Source: Candidatus Fermentibacteraceae bacterium (GTDB taxonomy: Bacteria; Fermentibacterota; Fermentibacteria; Fermentibacterales; JCC-6). Taken from it: a stretch of 64,000 nt of DNA. A model generated the notes under the pieces. That model saw nothing but the letters and a program-made list of their open reading frames with translations. It did no database searches and had not been told where the DNA came from. The position numbers and the translations under genes are program-made. The stretch is taken from the NCBI GenBank assembly GCA_016936235.1, contig JAFGPK010000002.1:20672-84671 (forward strand), in the 5' to 3' direction. This document shows, piece after piece, positions 26,945-37,240 of the stretch (position 1 is its first letter; the number at the start of each line of letters is the position of its first letter).

Positions 26945-27775
26945 ATGGACCTCATAGAGGCGACCAGGGAGGAAATAGGTACGGTGGCCGCCCAGCTGGC
27001 ACGCAGCGGGTGGGCCGAGGCCAATGCGGGCAACATATCCGTCCTCCTCCCATCCGGGTCCGACAGCTCGATCTGGGACGGCGAGGTCATGACCGAAGAA
27101 CTGCCGGTCCCCATTCCGGAGCTCTCCGGCCGCACTTTCATGATTACCACTGCCGGAAGCAGGTTCAGGAAGCTTATCAGCCGCATGGACACTGAGATCA
27201 TCCCTGTCAGGGTATCGGCCGATGGGATGAAGGTGATAAGACTGGCAGCGGACAGGCAGCCGACCACGGAGTTCAGCACACATGTCCTGGTTCTGGCCCA
27301 GGCCGCCGGAAGAGGTTGGGATACGGCTTCCCTTGTTCACACGCACTCGACCCACATGCTTGCCCTTTCCTCCAGCGACCTTCCTGCAGAGATGCTGGAA
27401 GACGCGGTGAACAGGTCCCATCCGGAGATCTCCCTACTGATGAAGAGAGGTGTCCGGTTCCTTGATTTCATGACCCCGGGCACATGGGAGCTCGGGATCG
27501 AGACCGCGGCCGCCTTCCGTGAGAGCGACTGTGTCATCTGGCGCAAGCACGGTATTCTGGGCCTCGGCCGTGACCTCGATGCAGCATGTGACGCGGTGGA
27601 AGTGGTTGAGAAGGCTGCCAGGCTGCTGCTCCTGGAAAGATCCGCATTCGGAAAGTTCGTGGGACTGAAGGACCGTGACCTGATGCTCCAGACAGGTATC
27701 TACGAAGGGGAGACCGACGAACAGGAGGAGGACGAGACAGGCCTTCCTCCGGGTCCTCCGGTGATCGAATCCTGA
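26945..27775 (+). CDS. Class II aldolase, rhamnulose-1-phosphate aldolase-like
   Basis: GWAEANAGNISV, PTTEFSTH, HTH and WRKHG zinc ligands, EVVEKAA. Confidence 0.8.
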   Translation: MDLIEATREEIGTVAAQLARSGWAEANAGNISVLLPSGSDSSIWDGEVMTEELPVPIPELSGRTFMITTAGSRFRKLISRMDTEIIPVRVSADGMKVIRLAADRQPTTEFSTHVLVLAQAAGRGWDTASLVHTHSTHMLALSSSDLPAEMLEDAVNRSHPEISLLMKRGVRFLDFMTPGTWELGIETAAAFRESDCVIWRKHGILGLGRDLDAACDAVEVVEKAARLLLLERSAFGKFVGLKDRDLMLQTGIYEGETDEQEEDETGLPPGPPVIES

Positions 27776-27788
27776 GTTCAGCCGATGT

Positions 27789-29132
27789 TCAGGGGGTGAG
27801 TCGCTTTACATCCCTGGGAAACATCGTGGTAAGCCTTATGTTCTCCACGTCAAGTATCCTGGCTGTCAGCCTCTCCAGACCGATTGCAAGCCCTCCATGA
27901 GGCGGCAACCCGTACTTGTGGGCCTGCAGGTAACCCTGAAACGAATCCGGGTCCAGCCCGAATGCCCTCATCTTGTCCACCTGAGCCTGCCAGTCATGGA
28001 TCCTCTGGCCTCCTGTGGTGACCTCCAGCCCTCGAAGAAGAAGATCGAAGCTCAGGGTGGTTCCCGGTTCCTCAGGGTCGTCCATGGTGTAGAACGGTCT
28101 CTTCTCCGTGGGAAAATGTGTTACGAACAGGAATTCCGACCCCCATTCCTCCATTGACCTGGCGCACAGGACCTTCTCCTCCTCAGGGCTCAGGTCCGGC
28201 TCCCCGGTGCAGTCCTCACCGGTCATATCAAGGAATATTCGATGAGCTTCCGCAAGGGTGATCGCGGGAATCGACTCCGGTATTTCGGGAAGCACTGCTT
28301 CAAGCATCTCCAGCTCGTATCCGTTGATTTCCCTCAATGCCGAAAGGCACTTCCTGAGGACGGATATCTCCACCGCCATCACATCATGGAAACCGTTTAT
28401 GAAGCCCATCTCTAGGTCAAGGGAGGTGTACTCGTTGATGTGCCGGGATGTCTGATGAGGCTCCGCTCTGAAAACCGGCCCGATCTCGAAGACCCTCTCG
28501 AAGATACCCACACCCATCTGCTTGTAGAACTGGGGCGACTGGGCGAGGAAGGCTTCCCTGTCGAAATACTTGACCCTGAAGATGTTGGCGCCGCCCTCGG
28601 CCCCGGCTGAGCAGATCTTCGGTGTGTGTATCTCGGTGAAGCCCATGCCTGAAAGCGAATCCCTGAAGGCGGAAGCCAGGGTTTCGGCCACCTTCAGCCT
28701 GGCCCTCTCCACCGGATGTCTCAGGCTAAGGGGCCTCAGGTCGAGATTGGTGTCGATGTGAAGGTCCAGGACCTTCTTCGTCATGTCCACCGGTGACTGC
28801 TCCGCGGGGGAGTTCAATACCCGCACCGAGTCCAGCTGGAGCTCGACGGTCCGCGGGTGGATGGAGGAATCCTTGATCCTGGCATTCTTCACGGTGCCCG
28901 TGACTTCCACCGCCTGCTCCACCACCAGCCGGTCAAGAACGCTTTCGTTTCCCTCTGCTCCCATAACGCACTGGAGGAGCCCGTCATGCCGGCGAAGTAT
29001 TATGAAGGCCCCCCATCCAAGGCGGCGTATTCTCTGGATCACGCCGTGGAGAACGATTGTCTCCCCTGCGGATCTCTCCAGTTCCACGGCCGCTATCGGT
29101 GATTCGACGTCTCTATCCGTAATGCCCTTCAT
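27789..29132 (-). CDS. aspS: Aspartate--tRNA(Asp/Asn) ligase, non-discriminating archaeal-type
   Basis: HTPKI, AEGGANIF, AQSPQFYKQ, VFRAE, SRHINEY, GGQRIH, PPHGG..GLERL. 447 aa, with no GAD insertion. Confidence 0.92.
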   Translation of the reverse strand: MKGITDRDVESPIAAVELERSAGETIVLHGVIQRIRRLGWGAFIILRRHDGLLQCVMGAEGNESVLDRLVVEQAVEVTGTVKNARIKDSSIHPRTVELQLDSVRVLNSPAEQSPVDMTKKVLDLHIDTNLDLRPLSLRHPVERARLKVAETLASAFRDSLSGMGFTEIHTPKICSAGAEGGANIFRVKYFDREAFLAQSPQFYKQMGVGIFERVFEIGPVFRAEPHQTSRHINEYTSLDLEMGFINGFHDVMAVEISVLRKCLSALREINGYELEMLEAVLPEIPESIPAITLAEAHRIFLDMTGEDCTGEPDLSPEEEKVLCARSMEEWGSEFLFVTHFPTEKRPFYTMDDPEEPGTTLSFDLLLRGLEVTTGGQRIHDWQAQVDKMRAFGLDPDSFQGYLQAHKYGLPPHGGLAIGLERLTARILDVENIRLTTMFPRDVKRLTP

Positions 29133-29238
29133 CTGATTCCTTTCAGGTTCCTTGGATACCGGTCAGGTAATATAGCTGGACCAGACGGGTCACGGGAACT
29201 CCCTCTCATCACAAATGGTTGCAGGATAATTTGATATT

Positions 29239-29598
29239 CTAGATTTCATCAGCGGAGGATGCTTCTCTGCGTGCCCGGAGGAGTCTGCTGGGAGTGGAGA
29301 CCAGGTGGGCGTCAAGTTCCAGGGCCCGCTGCCTGCAGGTCTCCGCAAGGTCCTCCGCTTCCTCTCTTGCGGGCAGGTCCGCGGATATGAGGTGCCTGAG
29401 CCTGAGTATCTCCCGCGAAAAGCCTGCCAGCTTCATCCTGTAGTACGACTGCGCCCGCCGGCGAAGCTTTTCCAGGGGCTCGGTCCCGGAATCCTGAACA
29501 GCCTCCTCCTTTTCAATCCTGAATCCCTCGAGCAGCCTGTCCATCTGCCTCAGCATTACCTTGAGCTCCTCGATCACCGCAAAGTTGCTTTTTTTCAT
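29239..29598 (-). CDS. Small helical hypothetical protein
   Basis: Fills the gap between aspS and buk. ATG preceded by GGGA. No recognised motif. Confidence 0.55.
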   Translation of the reverse strand: MKKSNFAVIEELKVMLRQMDRLLEGFRIEKEEAVQDSGTEPLEKLRRRAQSYYRMKLAGFSREILRLRHLISADLPAREEAEDLAETCRQRALELDAHLVSTPSRLLRARREASSADEI

Positions 29599-29691
29599 AT
29601 AATTGGCATTCCCGCTGATGTGAGTTAGTATAATGCTGAATTGAATAAGCATGAACATTCAATCTTACAAGCATATCCAGATGGGAGAACA

Positions 29692-30792
29692 ATGTCAGAC
29701 ACTTTCAGGATACTTGCCATAAATCCAGGGTCGACCTCCACAAAGATATCCGTTTTCGATAACGAAAAGGAGGTCTGGTCGACCAAGATCACCCATTCCA
29801 GCGATGATCTTGCCGGATTTGACCATATCTTCGACCAGTACGATTTCAGAGAGGGTGTCATTCTGAGCGAATTGAGGAAGGCCGGCATGGACATAACTTC
29901 TTTCGATGCCATCGTCGGACGCGGCGGCGTGCTCTACCCCATCGAGGGGGGGACCTACTCCGTCGGGGACCGCCTTATAGAGGACCTTCGCAAAGGAGTC
30001 CAGGGAGAGCATGTCTCCAACCTGGGTGCTCCGATAGCAAGGGAGCTCGCCAGGGTGGCGGAATGCCCTTCTTTCATAGTGGACCCGGTAGTGGTTGACG
30101 AGATGGAGGACATCGCCAGGTATTCAGGACATCCGGCGCTTCCCCGGCGATCCATCCTCCATGCCCTGAACCAGAAGGCGGTCGCCAGGAAGGCTTCATC
30201 GGACCTGGGCCGGGATTACCGCGATTTGAACCTCATCGTCGTCCACCTCGGGGGAGGTATCTCCATCGGGGCGCACAGGAAGGGCAGAATAATCGATGTG
30301 AATAACGCCCTGAACGGCGATGGACCCTTCACTCCCGAAAGGTCCGGCGGTCTTCCGGTGGGTGACCTTGTGGACCTGTGCTTCAGCGGGAAGAAGACCC
30401 ATTCCGAAGTGAAGAAGATGATAAAGGGGGCGGGGGGAATAGTAGCGTATCTCGGGACGAACGACATGCTGACCGTGGAAAGGGAGATAGAGAAGGGTAA
30501 CAGCGAGTTCGAGGCCGTCTACGAAGCCATGGCGTATCAGGTGGCCAAGGAGATAGGAGGTCTATCGGCTGTCCTTGAAGGCGAGGTCGACGCTATCGTG
30601 ATAACCGGCGGCATCGCCTACGACAGGAACTTCATCAGCTGGATAAGGAGAAGGGTCGGCTTCATCGCCGATATCATGGTCTACCCGGGCGAAATGGAGA
30701 TGGAAGCCCTGGCCCTTGGCGCTCTGAGGGTCCTCAGTGGCCAGGAGGAGGCCAGGGAGTACGATCCCACGGAAAGGCTCAGCAATGGGTGA
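29692..30792 (+). CDS. buk: Butyrate kinase
   Basis: [68 protein letters not shown]. Confidence 0.96.
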   Translation: MSDTFRILAINPGSTSTKISVFDNEKEVWSTKITHSSDDLAGFDHIFDQYDFREGVILSELRKAGMDITSFDAIVGRGGVLYPIEGGTYSVGDRLIEDLRKGVQGEHVSNLGAPIARELARVAECPSFIVDPVVVDEMEDIARYSGHPALPRRSILHALNQKAVARKASSDLGRDYRDLNLIVVHLGGGISIGAHRKGRIIDVNNALNGDGPFTPERSGGLPVGDLVDLCFSGKKTHSEVKKMIKGAGGIVAYLGTNDMLTVEREIEKGNSEFEAVYEAMAYQVAKEIGGLSAVLEGEVDAIVITGGIAYDRNFISWIRRRVGFIADIMVYPGEMEMEALALGALRVLSGQEEAREYDPTERLSNG

Positions 30793-32449
30793 GGACAGGT
30801 TCGAGAAGGAGCATGCCGACTGGAGGGAGAAGGTCCTGGAACCGGTCCTGGACAAGTATCCCGAAAGGAAGGAAGTCTTCAGGACGGGTTCCGGGGAACC
30901 CGTTGAAAGGGTCTACTTCCCCGGCGACCCGGGTGATGATTACCTGGAAGAGCTGGGATTCCCCGGAGAGTTCCCTTATACGCGGGGGGTCCAGCCGACC
31001 ATGTACAGGGGCAGGTTCTGGACCATGCGCCAGTACGCGGGTTTCGGAAGCGCCGAGGAGTCCAACGCACGGTACCGTTACCTTCTGGATCAGGGTCAGA
31101 CAGGTCTCTCCGTGGCTTTCGACCTTCCCACCCAGATAGGCTACGATTCGGACCACCCGCTCTGCGCAGGTGAAGTCGGAAAGGTCGGGGTGGCCATCGA
31201 CAGCCTGGCGGACATGGAGGTTCTTTTCGACGGGATACCGCTGGACGGCGTCTCCACTTCCATGACCATCAACGCTCCCGCCTCCGTGCTGCTTGCGATG
31301 TACATGGCAGTGGCCGAGAAGCAGTCGGTTCCCGCTGCAAAGCTCAGGGGAACGATACAGAACGACATCCTTAAGGAGTACATGGCCAGGGGGACCTACA
31401 TTTTCCCTCCAGGACACTCAATGAGGCTGATAACGGACATTTTCAGCTTCTGCAGCCTCAACGTGCCCAAGTGGAACACGATCAGCATATCAGGATACCA
31501 TATCAGGGAGGCTGGAAGCACCGCTTCACAGGAAGTGGCCTTTACCATAGCCGACGGAATAGCCTATGTCGACGCGGCGGTCAGGGTCGGGCTCGAAGTG
31601 GACGATTTCGCACCCAGGCTGAGTTTCTTTTTCAACGCTCACAATGACCTTCTGGAAGAGGTGGCGAAGTTCCGCGCCGCCAGGAGGATGTGGGCCAGGA
31701 TAATGAGGGAGAGGTTCGGAGCCCGGGACGCCAGAAGCATGATGCTCAGGTTCCACACCCAGACCGGAGGGTCGACTCTCACAGCCCAGCAACCGGACAA
31801 CAACATCGTAAGAGTGGCTGTCCAGACACTGGCAGCAGTGCTTGGGGGAACCCAGAGCCTTCATACCAACAGCCGCGATGAAGCGCTTGCGCTGCCGTCG
31901 GAGCACGCTGTCAGGATAGCGCTCCGGACTCAGCAGATCGTGGCCAACGAGTCCGGTGTGACCGGTACTGTGGACCCGCTGGCCGGAAGCTATTATGTGG
32001 AGGAACTCACCGACAGGATAGAGGACCAGGCCATGGAGCACATAGGCAAGATAGACTCGCTTGGTGGAATGGTCAGGGCCATTGAGGACGGTTATCCTCA
32101 GAGGCAGATCCAGGAGTCCGCATACAGCTGCCAGAGGGAAATCGAGGATCGGGAGCGGATAGTAGTGGGGGTCAACAGCTACACCATGGAGGAGCCTCCG
32201 CCGGAGGGACTCCTGAGAGTCGACCCATCGGTTGAGAAGGCTCAGTACCGGAGACTGAGCAGCATAAGGGACAACCGCGACAACGGAGAGGTCGCCGGAA
32301 GGTTGAGGGCTCTGGCCGATGCAGCCGCCGGCCCTGATAACCTGATGCCCTTCATACTGGACGCGGTCCGTTCCTATGCGACACTTGGAGAGATATGCGG
32401 CGTCCTGAGGGATGAGTTCGGGGAGTACACTCCCCAGACAGTCCTGTGA
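30785..32449 (+). CDS. Methylmalonyl-CoA mutase, large (substrate-binding) subunit, split type
   Basis: [15 protein letters not shown] (Tyr, as in MCM rather than Phe as in ICM), [14 protein letters not shown] (Arg), [16 protein letters not shown]. No B12-binding domain in this ORF. Confidence 0.92.
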   Translation: MGEDRFEKEHADWREKVLEPVLDKYPERKEVFRTGSGEPVERVYFPGDPGDDYLEELGFPGEFPYTRGVQPTMYRGRFWTMRQYAGFGSAEESNARYRYLLDQGQTGLSVAFDLPTQIGYDSDHPLCAGEVGKVGVAIDSLADMEVLFDGIPLDGVSTSMTINAPASVLLAMYMAVAEKQSVPAAKLRGTIQNDILKEYMARGTYIFPPGHSMRLITDIFSFCSLNVPKWNTISISGYHIREAGSTASQEVAFTIADGIAYVDAAVRVGLEVDDFAPRLSFFFNAHNDLLEEVAKFRAARRMWARIMRERFGARDARSMMLRFHTQTGGSTLTAQQPDNNIVRVAVQTLAAVLGGTQSLHTNSRDEALALPSEHAVRIALRTQQIVANESGVTGTVDPLAGSYYVEELTDRIEDQAMEHIGKIDSLGGMVRAIEDGYPQRQIQESAYSCQREIEDRERIVVGVNSYTMEEPPPEGLLRVDPSVEKAQYRRLSSIRDNRDNGEVAGRLRALADAAAGPDNLMPFILDAVRSYATLGEICGVLRDEFGEYTPQTVL

Positions 32450-32475
32450 CGGACCCCTAAGAAACAGGGAACATT

Positions 32476-34104
32476 ATGAGAGAGATAGGAGGATCGGTTA
32501 TTTTGAACAATGCAACCAGAAAGGCAGCAGTGGTAGCGACGCTCCTCACGGTAATTGCGGTTTCCGGATGCGGTTCCGCCGGAGTGGAAAGCACCGCCTG
32601 GCTGCTTATAGTCGCGGAAGACACGATGACAGTGGGCGATCTTGGAGATGCCTGGACCGGAATGGACCAGGATCAGAGGGACATGTTCCTTGAGAAGGAG
32701 AATACCGTAGGTGAGTTCATAGTCACCTACGGAAGGAAGCTTCTGCTTCAGATGGAACTGCAGGACTGCGGTTACATGGACGATGAAGAGCTGCTTTCCA
32801 TGGCGGATTCCTGGGTCATGGAGCGAACGGGGGAAGTCAATCGCAGGTTGATGTACGAATCCCAGGAGGATGCCGTCTCACCGGAGGACATCGATCACTT
32901 CATGATCTATCTCGGGAAGTACGCCTTCTTCACCATGGATCCCGGGCTGGAGGAGGAGATAAGCTACGGTCCGGTCCACATGCCTTCTCTCCCCGATGAC
33001 ATGATAGGTCTCCTGGATTCACTTGCTGCAGGTTCCACAGGCATCAGCGAAACCGGGATGATGCTCCGGCTGGACTCCGTCCAGACAGCCGATTCCGTCA
33101 CCATGGCGACGATCTTCGCAGATTCGGTAACACTTAGAGCGAATATTGTATCTTCAATAGCTAATAAAAGATACAATGAGGAATACGAAGACCTCAGGGC
33201 TTCCCTGCTGTCGGAGTATGGCCTCAGCATCGATTCAACGGTCCTCGAAACCATCAGTGCCAGTTTCGCTTCAGATTCGCCTCTGACCGACCTTGAGGCG
33301 GTGGTGATGGAATCCCAGGTCGGTACTTGGACGGTTGAGGACTTCCTCAGGGAACTGGTCTACTACAGATCCAAGTACAATATAGACCCTTCCGACGTGC
33401 TATGGCTGAACACACTGCTGGAGCTGTTGCATTACAATGAATACGCCAGGTCGTCAATGATGGACCAGCACCAGGATGTGCTGGACTCGCTGTATTCCGA
33501 GAGAATGTCATACCTTCTGGATATAGCCTCGGACAAGTTCTACGCGGATCGCATCGAGTCAGCGGTCACGGTCACGGAAGAGGACATGCGTGAGTTGTTC
33601 GAGAACATGGAGGAGCCCATCACCATTCCAGAAAAGAGGGTTCTACAGGCGATCCAGATGCCTTTGGATTCCGCGATAGTCTTCCGCAATCTCCCCGAAG
33701 ACCAGCAGGATGCATACCTGCTCCGCATGCGGGGTTTTGCCAACCTGGCGGCTGACACCGCCCAGTCTCAGATCACTCGCCCCCTGCGCTTCAGCGAAGT
33801 GCCCGGCTTCCACGGAGAAGAGGTTTTCGCCATGGATCCTTCCGATACCACCACATGGCTTGGTCCTCTGGAACTCTTTGGAGGCGAGGACGTCTGCATG
33901 TTCAGGCTGGTGGAGGTTATCCCCGAACGGAACGCCACCCTGGAGGAGGTCAAGGACCAGATCAGGACCATGACAAGGAACCGGATGGAGGAGCAGGCCA
34001 CGGTAGAGGAGTTGAGATTGCTTGAAGAAAGGTACGGAATGGTGATCAATGAGGAGATACTGGACCTTCTCCCCGCTGATCCGGGACTCTGGGCCGGTCT
34101 CTGA
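32476..34104 (+). CDS. PrsA/SurA-like lipoprotein chaperone with degenerate parvulin (PPIase) domain
   Basis: Lipobox VSGC, VTVTEEDMRELFE, and C-terminal FRLVEVIPERNATLEEVKDQIR. The start may be TTG at 32503. Confidence 0.65.
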   Translation: MREIGGSVILNNATRKAAVVATLLTVIAVSGCGSAGVESTAWLLIVAEDTMTVGDLGDAWTGMDQDQRDMFLEKENTVGEFIVTYGRKLLLQMELQDCGYMDDEELLSMADSWVMERTGEVNRRLMYESQEDAVSPEDIDHFMIYLGKYAFFTMDPGLEEEISYGPVHMPSLPDDMIGLLDSLAAGSTGISETGMMLRLDSVQTADSVTMATIFADSVTLRANIVSSIANKRYNEEYEDLRASLLSEYGLSIDSTVLETISASFASDSPLTDLEAVVMESQVGTWTVEDFLRELVYYRSKYNIDPSDVLWLNTLLELLHYNEYARSSMMDQHQDVLDSLYSERMSYLLDIASDKFYADRIESAVTVTEEDMRELFENMEEPITIPEKRVLQAIQMPLDSAIVFRNLPEDQQDAYLLRMRGFANLAADTAQSQITRPLRFSEVPGFHGEEVFAMDPSDTTTWLGPLELFGGEDVCMFRLVEVIPERNATLEEVKDQIRTMTRNRMEEQATVEELRLLEERYGMVINEEILDLLPADPGLWAGL

Positions 34105-34113
34105 TATGAACCA

Positions 34114-34141
34114 GGGCGGGGGCAGTATCCTGCCCCCGCCC
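34114..34141. terminator. GC-rich hairpin between convergent genes
   Basis: 12-bp stem GGGCGGGGGCAG / CTGCCCCCGCCC with a TATC loop. There is no clear U-tract. Confidence 0.6.
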
Positions 34142-34161
34142 CTCTCCCCGGAGGATATTTC

Positions 34162-35664
34162 TCAGTCTATCAGGGTCAGAGCGGCAGAAGCCGTACCGGA
34201 ATCCGATGAAACCCTGACAATGTAGCATCCTGAGGCAAGATCGCGCAGGTCGACCGTACACTCCGAACCAGTGAGTTCACCGGTGGCCGAGAGCCTGCCG
34301 GAGATATCGTAGATCTCCACAATCCCGGTTTCCCCTCCATGAAGCGAGACGGTCACTGAACCCGTGCAGGGATTCCCCGAGAGGCTGATGGAAAGAGCAG
34401 TTTCAGGCGGAACACCCTCCTCGATGCCGAGAATGTGCATTGCAGGCATAAGGGAAGGGTCCCCCAGGAGGACCATCCCGAGGTGCCAGGATTTTTCGCC
34501 GGGGGTGAGACCCCCCGAGGCAATGTATTCCCACCAGTCCCTGTAAGCCTCGCCAAGTGAGCTTCCATCGGCCAGGGGCAGATAGAAAGGGTTGAAGTTC
34601 AGCATCGCGCCGCTCTTGGTGCTTCCCACGGCTCCCAGCCCGCTCCCGGTGCAAAGGGAGTAGACGGACCCCATGCAGTGGACCGTTGTGAACCTGCAGT
34701 TCGAGCAGGCGAAGAGGTTGTAGAAACGTGCGTGGGGCAGGGCAGGAACGAGCTGGTTCCATAAGGTGGTCGGGCCCGGTGACCAGTAGTGGCCCCCGGC
34801 ATTGGAATGGACGAAGGGGCTGATCCAGACATACTCGGCGGGCAGCCTGTTCTCTATGTAATCAGTACCGTTGGTCTGGGCTTCATCGCTGACCAGCTCG
34901 GTGCTGGGGTAAAGGTACTGCATGGCTGCCTGGTAGCTGGGAGCCCAGGGCGCCCAGTCGTCGTCTACGTAGCAAAGCGCTGTAAGAGGCTCCGGGTCTC
35001 CGTTGATACGCCAGTCGTGGTTCCTCTCGAGGTAGGTGCACAGTATCTCAGTGGGGTCGCCGAGGGCGGACAGGTTATCTATCCTTATCCTTCCGACGTA
35101 GATCTCCGGATCCAGGCTGCCGGAGAAAGTATCGTACATGCCATCGCTTCCGGGGTTGCCCATGAAGGGATAGCCTATCCAGTTGTCCAGCCAGATGCCG
35201 TCCAGTTCCATATAGAAGTAATCTGCGGGGAAGGTTTCACCGCTCTGATTCGCTTCCTTGGCATCCTCCAGGGCGCACCAGGCCGTGGGAAGGTTACCCA
35301 CGAGGACCGCTCCCTGCATTCCCTGTGAGTACTTCTCCTGCAGGTAGGTCTTGAGCTCCTCGGCCTGGCTGTATGTTACCTCCACCACCTCCGTGCTAAG
35401 ACCCCCCGACTGTATGTCGGTGGTCCACTGGTCAAGGAGACCGGGAGTCAGGCTGTCCGTAAGGCCCTCCTCGAAGATCAGGAGGAACTCCGCCCCGTCG
35501 GTTCCGGAGATGGTCCTGACCTCAAAGGGTTCGTAATCCGGCTGTCCTGCCAGCCATTCCTCGTAGGTGCCCTCATGGTAGTTAGGGTCCGTGTTCACTG
35601 TCATCGGGGTATAGTCATAGACGTTCCCCGATATCATCATCAGAAAAAGCATCAGTCCCAGCAT
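34162..35664 (-). CDS. Peptidase C25 (gingipain-like) with T9SS-type C-terminal sorting domain
   Basis: AVLVGNLP, ADYFYMELDG, PEIYVGRI, His (FVHS) and Cys (FACSNC), LLGDPSL. C-terminal domain NPCTGSVTV..IYDISGR..ASGCYIVRV. Confidence 0.8.
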   Translation of the reverse strand: MLGLMLFLMMISGNVYDYTPMTVNTDPNYHEGTYEEWLAGQPDYEPFEVRTISGTDGAEFLLIFEEGLTDSLTPGLLDQWTTDIQSGGLSTEVVEVTYSQAEELKTYLQEKYSQGMQGAVLVGNLPTAWCALEDAKEANQSGETFPADYFYMELDGIWLDNWIGYPFMGNPGSDGMYDTFSGSLDPEIYVGRIRIDNLSALGDPTEILCTYLERNHDWRINGDPEPLTALCYVDDDWAPWAPSYQAAMQYLYPSTELVSDEAQTNGTDYIENRLPAEYVWISPFVHSNAGGHYWSPGPTTLWNQLVPALPHARFYNLFACSNCRFTTVHCMGSVYSLCTGSGLGAVGSTKSGAMLNFNPFYLPLADGSSLGEAYRDWWEYIASGGLTPGEKSWHLGMVLLGDPSLMPAMHILGIEEGVPPETALSISLSGNPCTGSVTVSLHGGETGIVEIYDISGRLSATGELTGSECTVDLRDLASGCYIVRVSSDSGTASAALTLID

Positions 35665-35773
35665 TGTGTCATCCTCACATTGAATTTGCTTCCAGCTTTC
35701 GCGAATGCGATAGCGCTACTTCACATATAGTTGAATAACGAAAAGGGCTGCCGGTGGCAATACGGTATCCCCG

Positions 35774-36406
35774 CTACAGGCGGGGGAGGTATGCGTAAAG
35801 GTCCAGATGACGCACTGCGAAGTTGAGGGCCGGCATGAGTATGTCCCCGATGACGCCGAGCCAGAGAAGCCCGAAGACTATCAGCAACCCGAAACTCTCC
35901 AGTCTCTGGTAACTGGCCAGTGCCTGTCTGGAGAGGAACCTGGCCACTATTCTGCTGCCATCAAGGGGGGGTATCGGCAGGAGGTTGAAGACCATCAGCA
36001 CAATGTTCATAAGAGCCGCCATGGCCAGGCTGTGCACCAGGATGGAAGGCATCGCGGAACCCGCAAGGTGCAGCAGCCCTGTCAGGAGGAGGGCTATGGT
36101 GAGGTTCGTAGCAGGCCCGGAGGCGGCCACCCACATCATCCCGGACCTGGGATTCCTGAAAAAGGCCGGGTTGACGGGGACGGGTTTCGCCCAGGCAAGC
36201 ATTATGGGGCTGTTTGTGATGAGGAAGAGAGCCGGCAGCATAATGGTTCCCACCGGATCGATATGAGAGACGGGATTGAACGTAAGCCTACCCATCCTGT
36301 AGGCGGTGGGGTCGCCAAGCCTAAGGGCCACGTAGCCGTGGGCTATCTCGTGGCAGACTACACTGAAGAACACCAGGACTATGATGAACGGTGTCTCTAC
36401 TCCCAT
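35774..36406 (-). CDS. Site-2 protease family (M50) membrane metalloprotease
   Basis: HEIAHG, GDPTA, WAKPVPVNP, AASGPATN, FNLLPIPPLDG. Confidence 0.95.
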   Translation of the reverse strand: MGVETPFIIVLVFFSVVCHEIAHGYVALRLGDPTAYRMGRLTFNPVSHIDPVGTIMLPALFLITNSPIMLAWAKPVPVNPAFFRNPRSGMMWVAASGPATNLTIALLLTGLLHLAGSAMPSILVHSLAMAALMNIVLMVFNLLPIPPLDGSRIVARFLSRQALASYQRLESFGLLIVFGLLWLGVIGDILMPALNFAVRHLDLYAYLPRL

Positions 36407-37096
36407 CTACCTCCTCCTGCCGGCCAGGAGGAGCCAGACCATCTGGCCCAGGGAAGCCAGGGCTGCGGCAACGTAGGTCATGGAAGCAGCGGTGAGTACC
36501 TTTTTCACTCCATTGAGCTCGCCGCTGGACATGCTGCCGCTTTGCCCTAGGTAGACAACGGCCCGTCTGCTTGCGTCGAACTCCACGGGGAGTGTAACCA
36601 GCTGGAACAGCAGGGCGGCTCCGTAGAGAGCTGCTCCGATGTAGTAGAGTTCAGTGATCCGAAAGAAGAGTCCCCCGATTATCAGAGGGAAAAGCATCTG
36701 GGATCCCAGATTGGCCACGGGGACCAGCTTCTGCCGGATCTGGAACGGGCTGTACCCCATGGCGTCCTGCACCGCGTGCCCGGCTTCGTGGGCCGCTACT
36801 CCCACAGCGGCTATGGATGTGCCTCCAAAGACGCCGGCTGAGAGGTTCAGCACACCCTTCGAGGGATCGTAGTGGTCGGTCAGGGTCCCCGCTATCTGCC
36901 GGACATCAATATTTGAAAGACCGTAACTGTCCAGGATCTCCCTGGCCGTTCTGGCGCCGGACATCCCCTTGCCTGTGGCCACCTGGCTGAACCGTCTGTA
37001 GGTGCCTGTGACCTGCGACCGCGCCACGAGACCCAGTATCAGCGCGGCGATTATTATCAGGAAACCGGCGTTCATGTCTGCGAAACCAAGATACAT
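36407..37096 (-). CDS. YugP-like membrane zinc metallopeptidase
   Basis: LTDHYDP, AAHEAGHAVQ, FQLVTLPVEFDASRRA, VLTAASMTYVA. Confidence 0.93.
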   Translation of the reverse strand: MYLGFADMNAGFLIIIAALILGLVARSQVTGTYRRFSQVATGKGMSGARTAREILDSYGLSNIDVRQIAGTLTDHYDPSKGVLNLSAGVFGGTSIAAVGVAAHEAGHAVQDAMGYSPFQIRQKLVPVANLGSQMLFPLIIGGLFFRITELYYIGAALYGAALLFQLVTLPVEFDASRRAVVYLGQSGSMSSGELNGVKKVLTAASMTYVAAALASLGQMVWLLLAGRRR

Positions 37097-37240
37097 CTTC
37101 AAACCTCTTCGGATGAGCAATTATCAGCGCGAATGCTGTCTTTCCCCAATACGTCATCAACCAAATATAAGCAAGAATGATTCCCGGGCATGAGCCCACG
37201 ACAGACGTCCCGTTCACACCGGCACTCCCGCTATGGGTCA

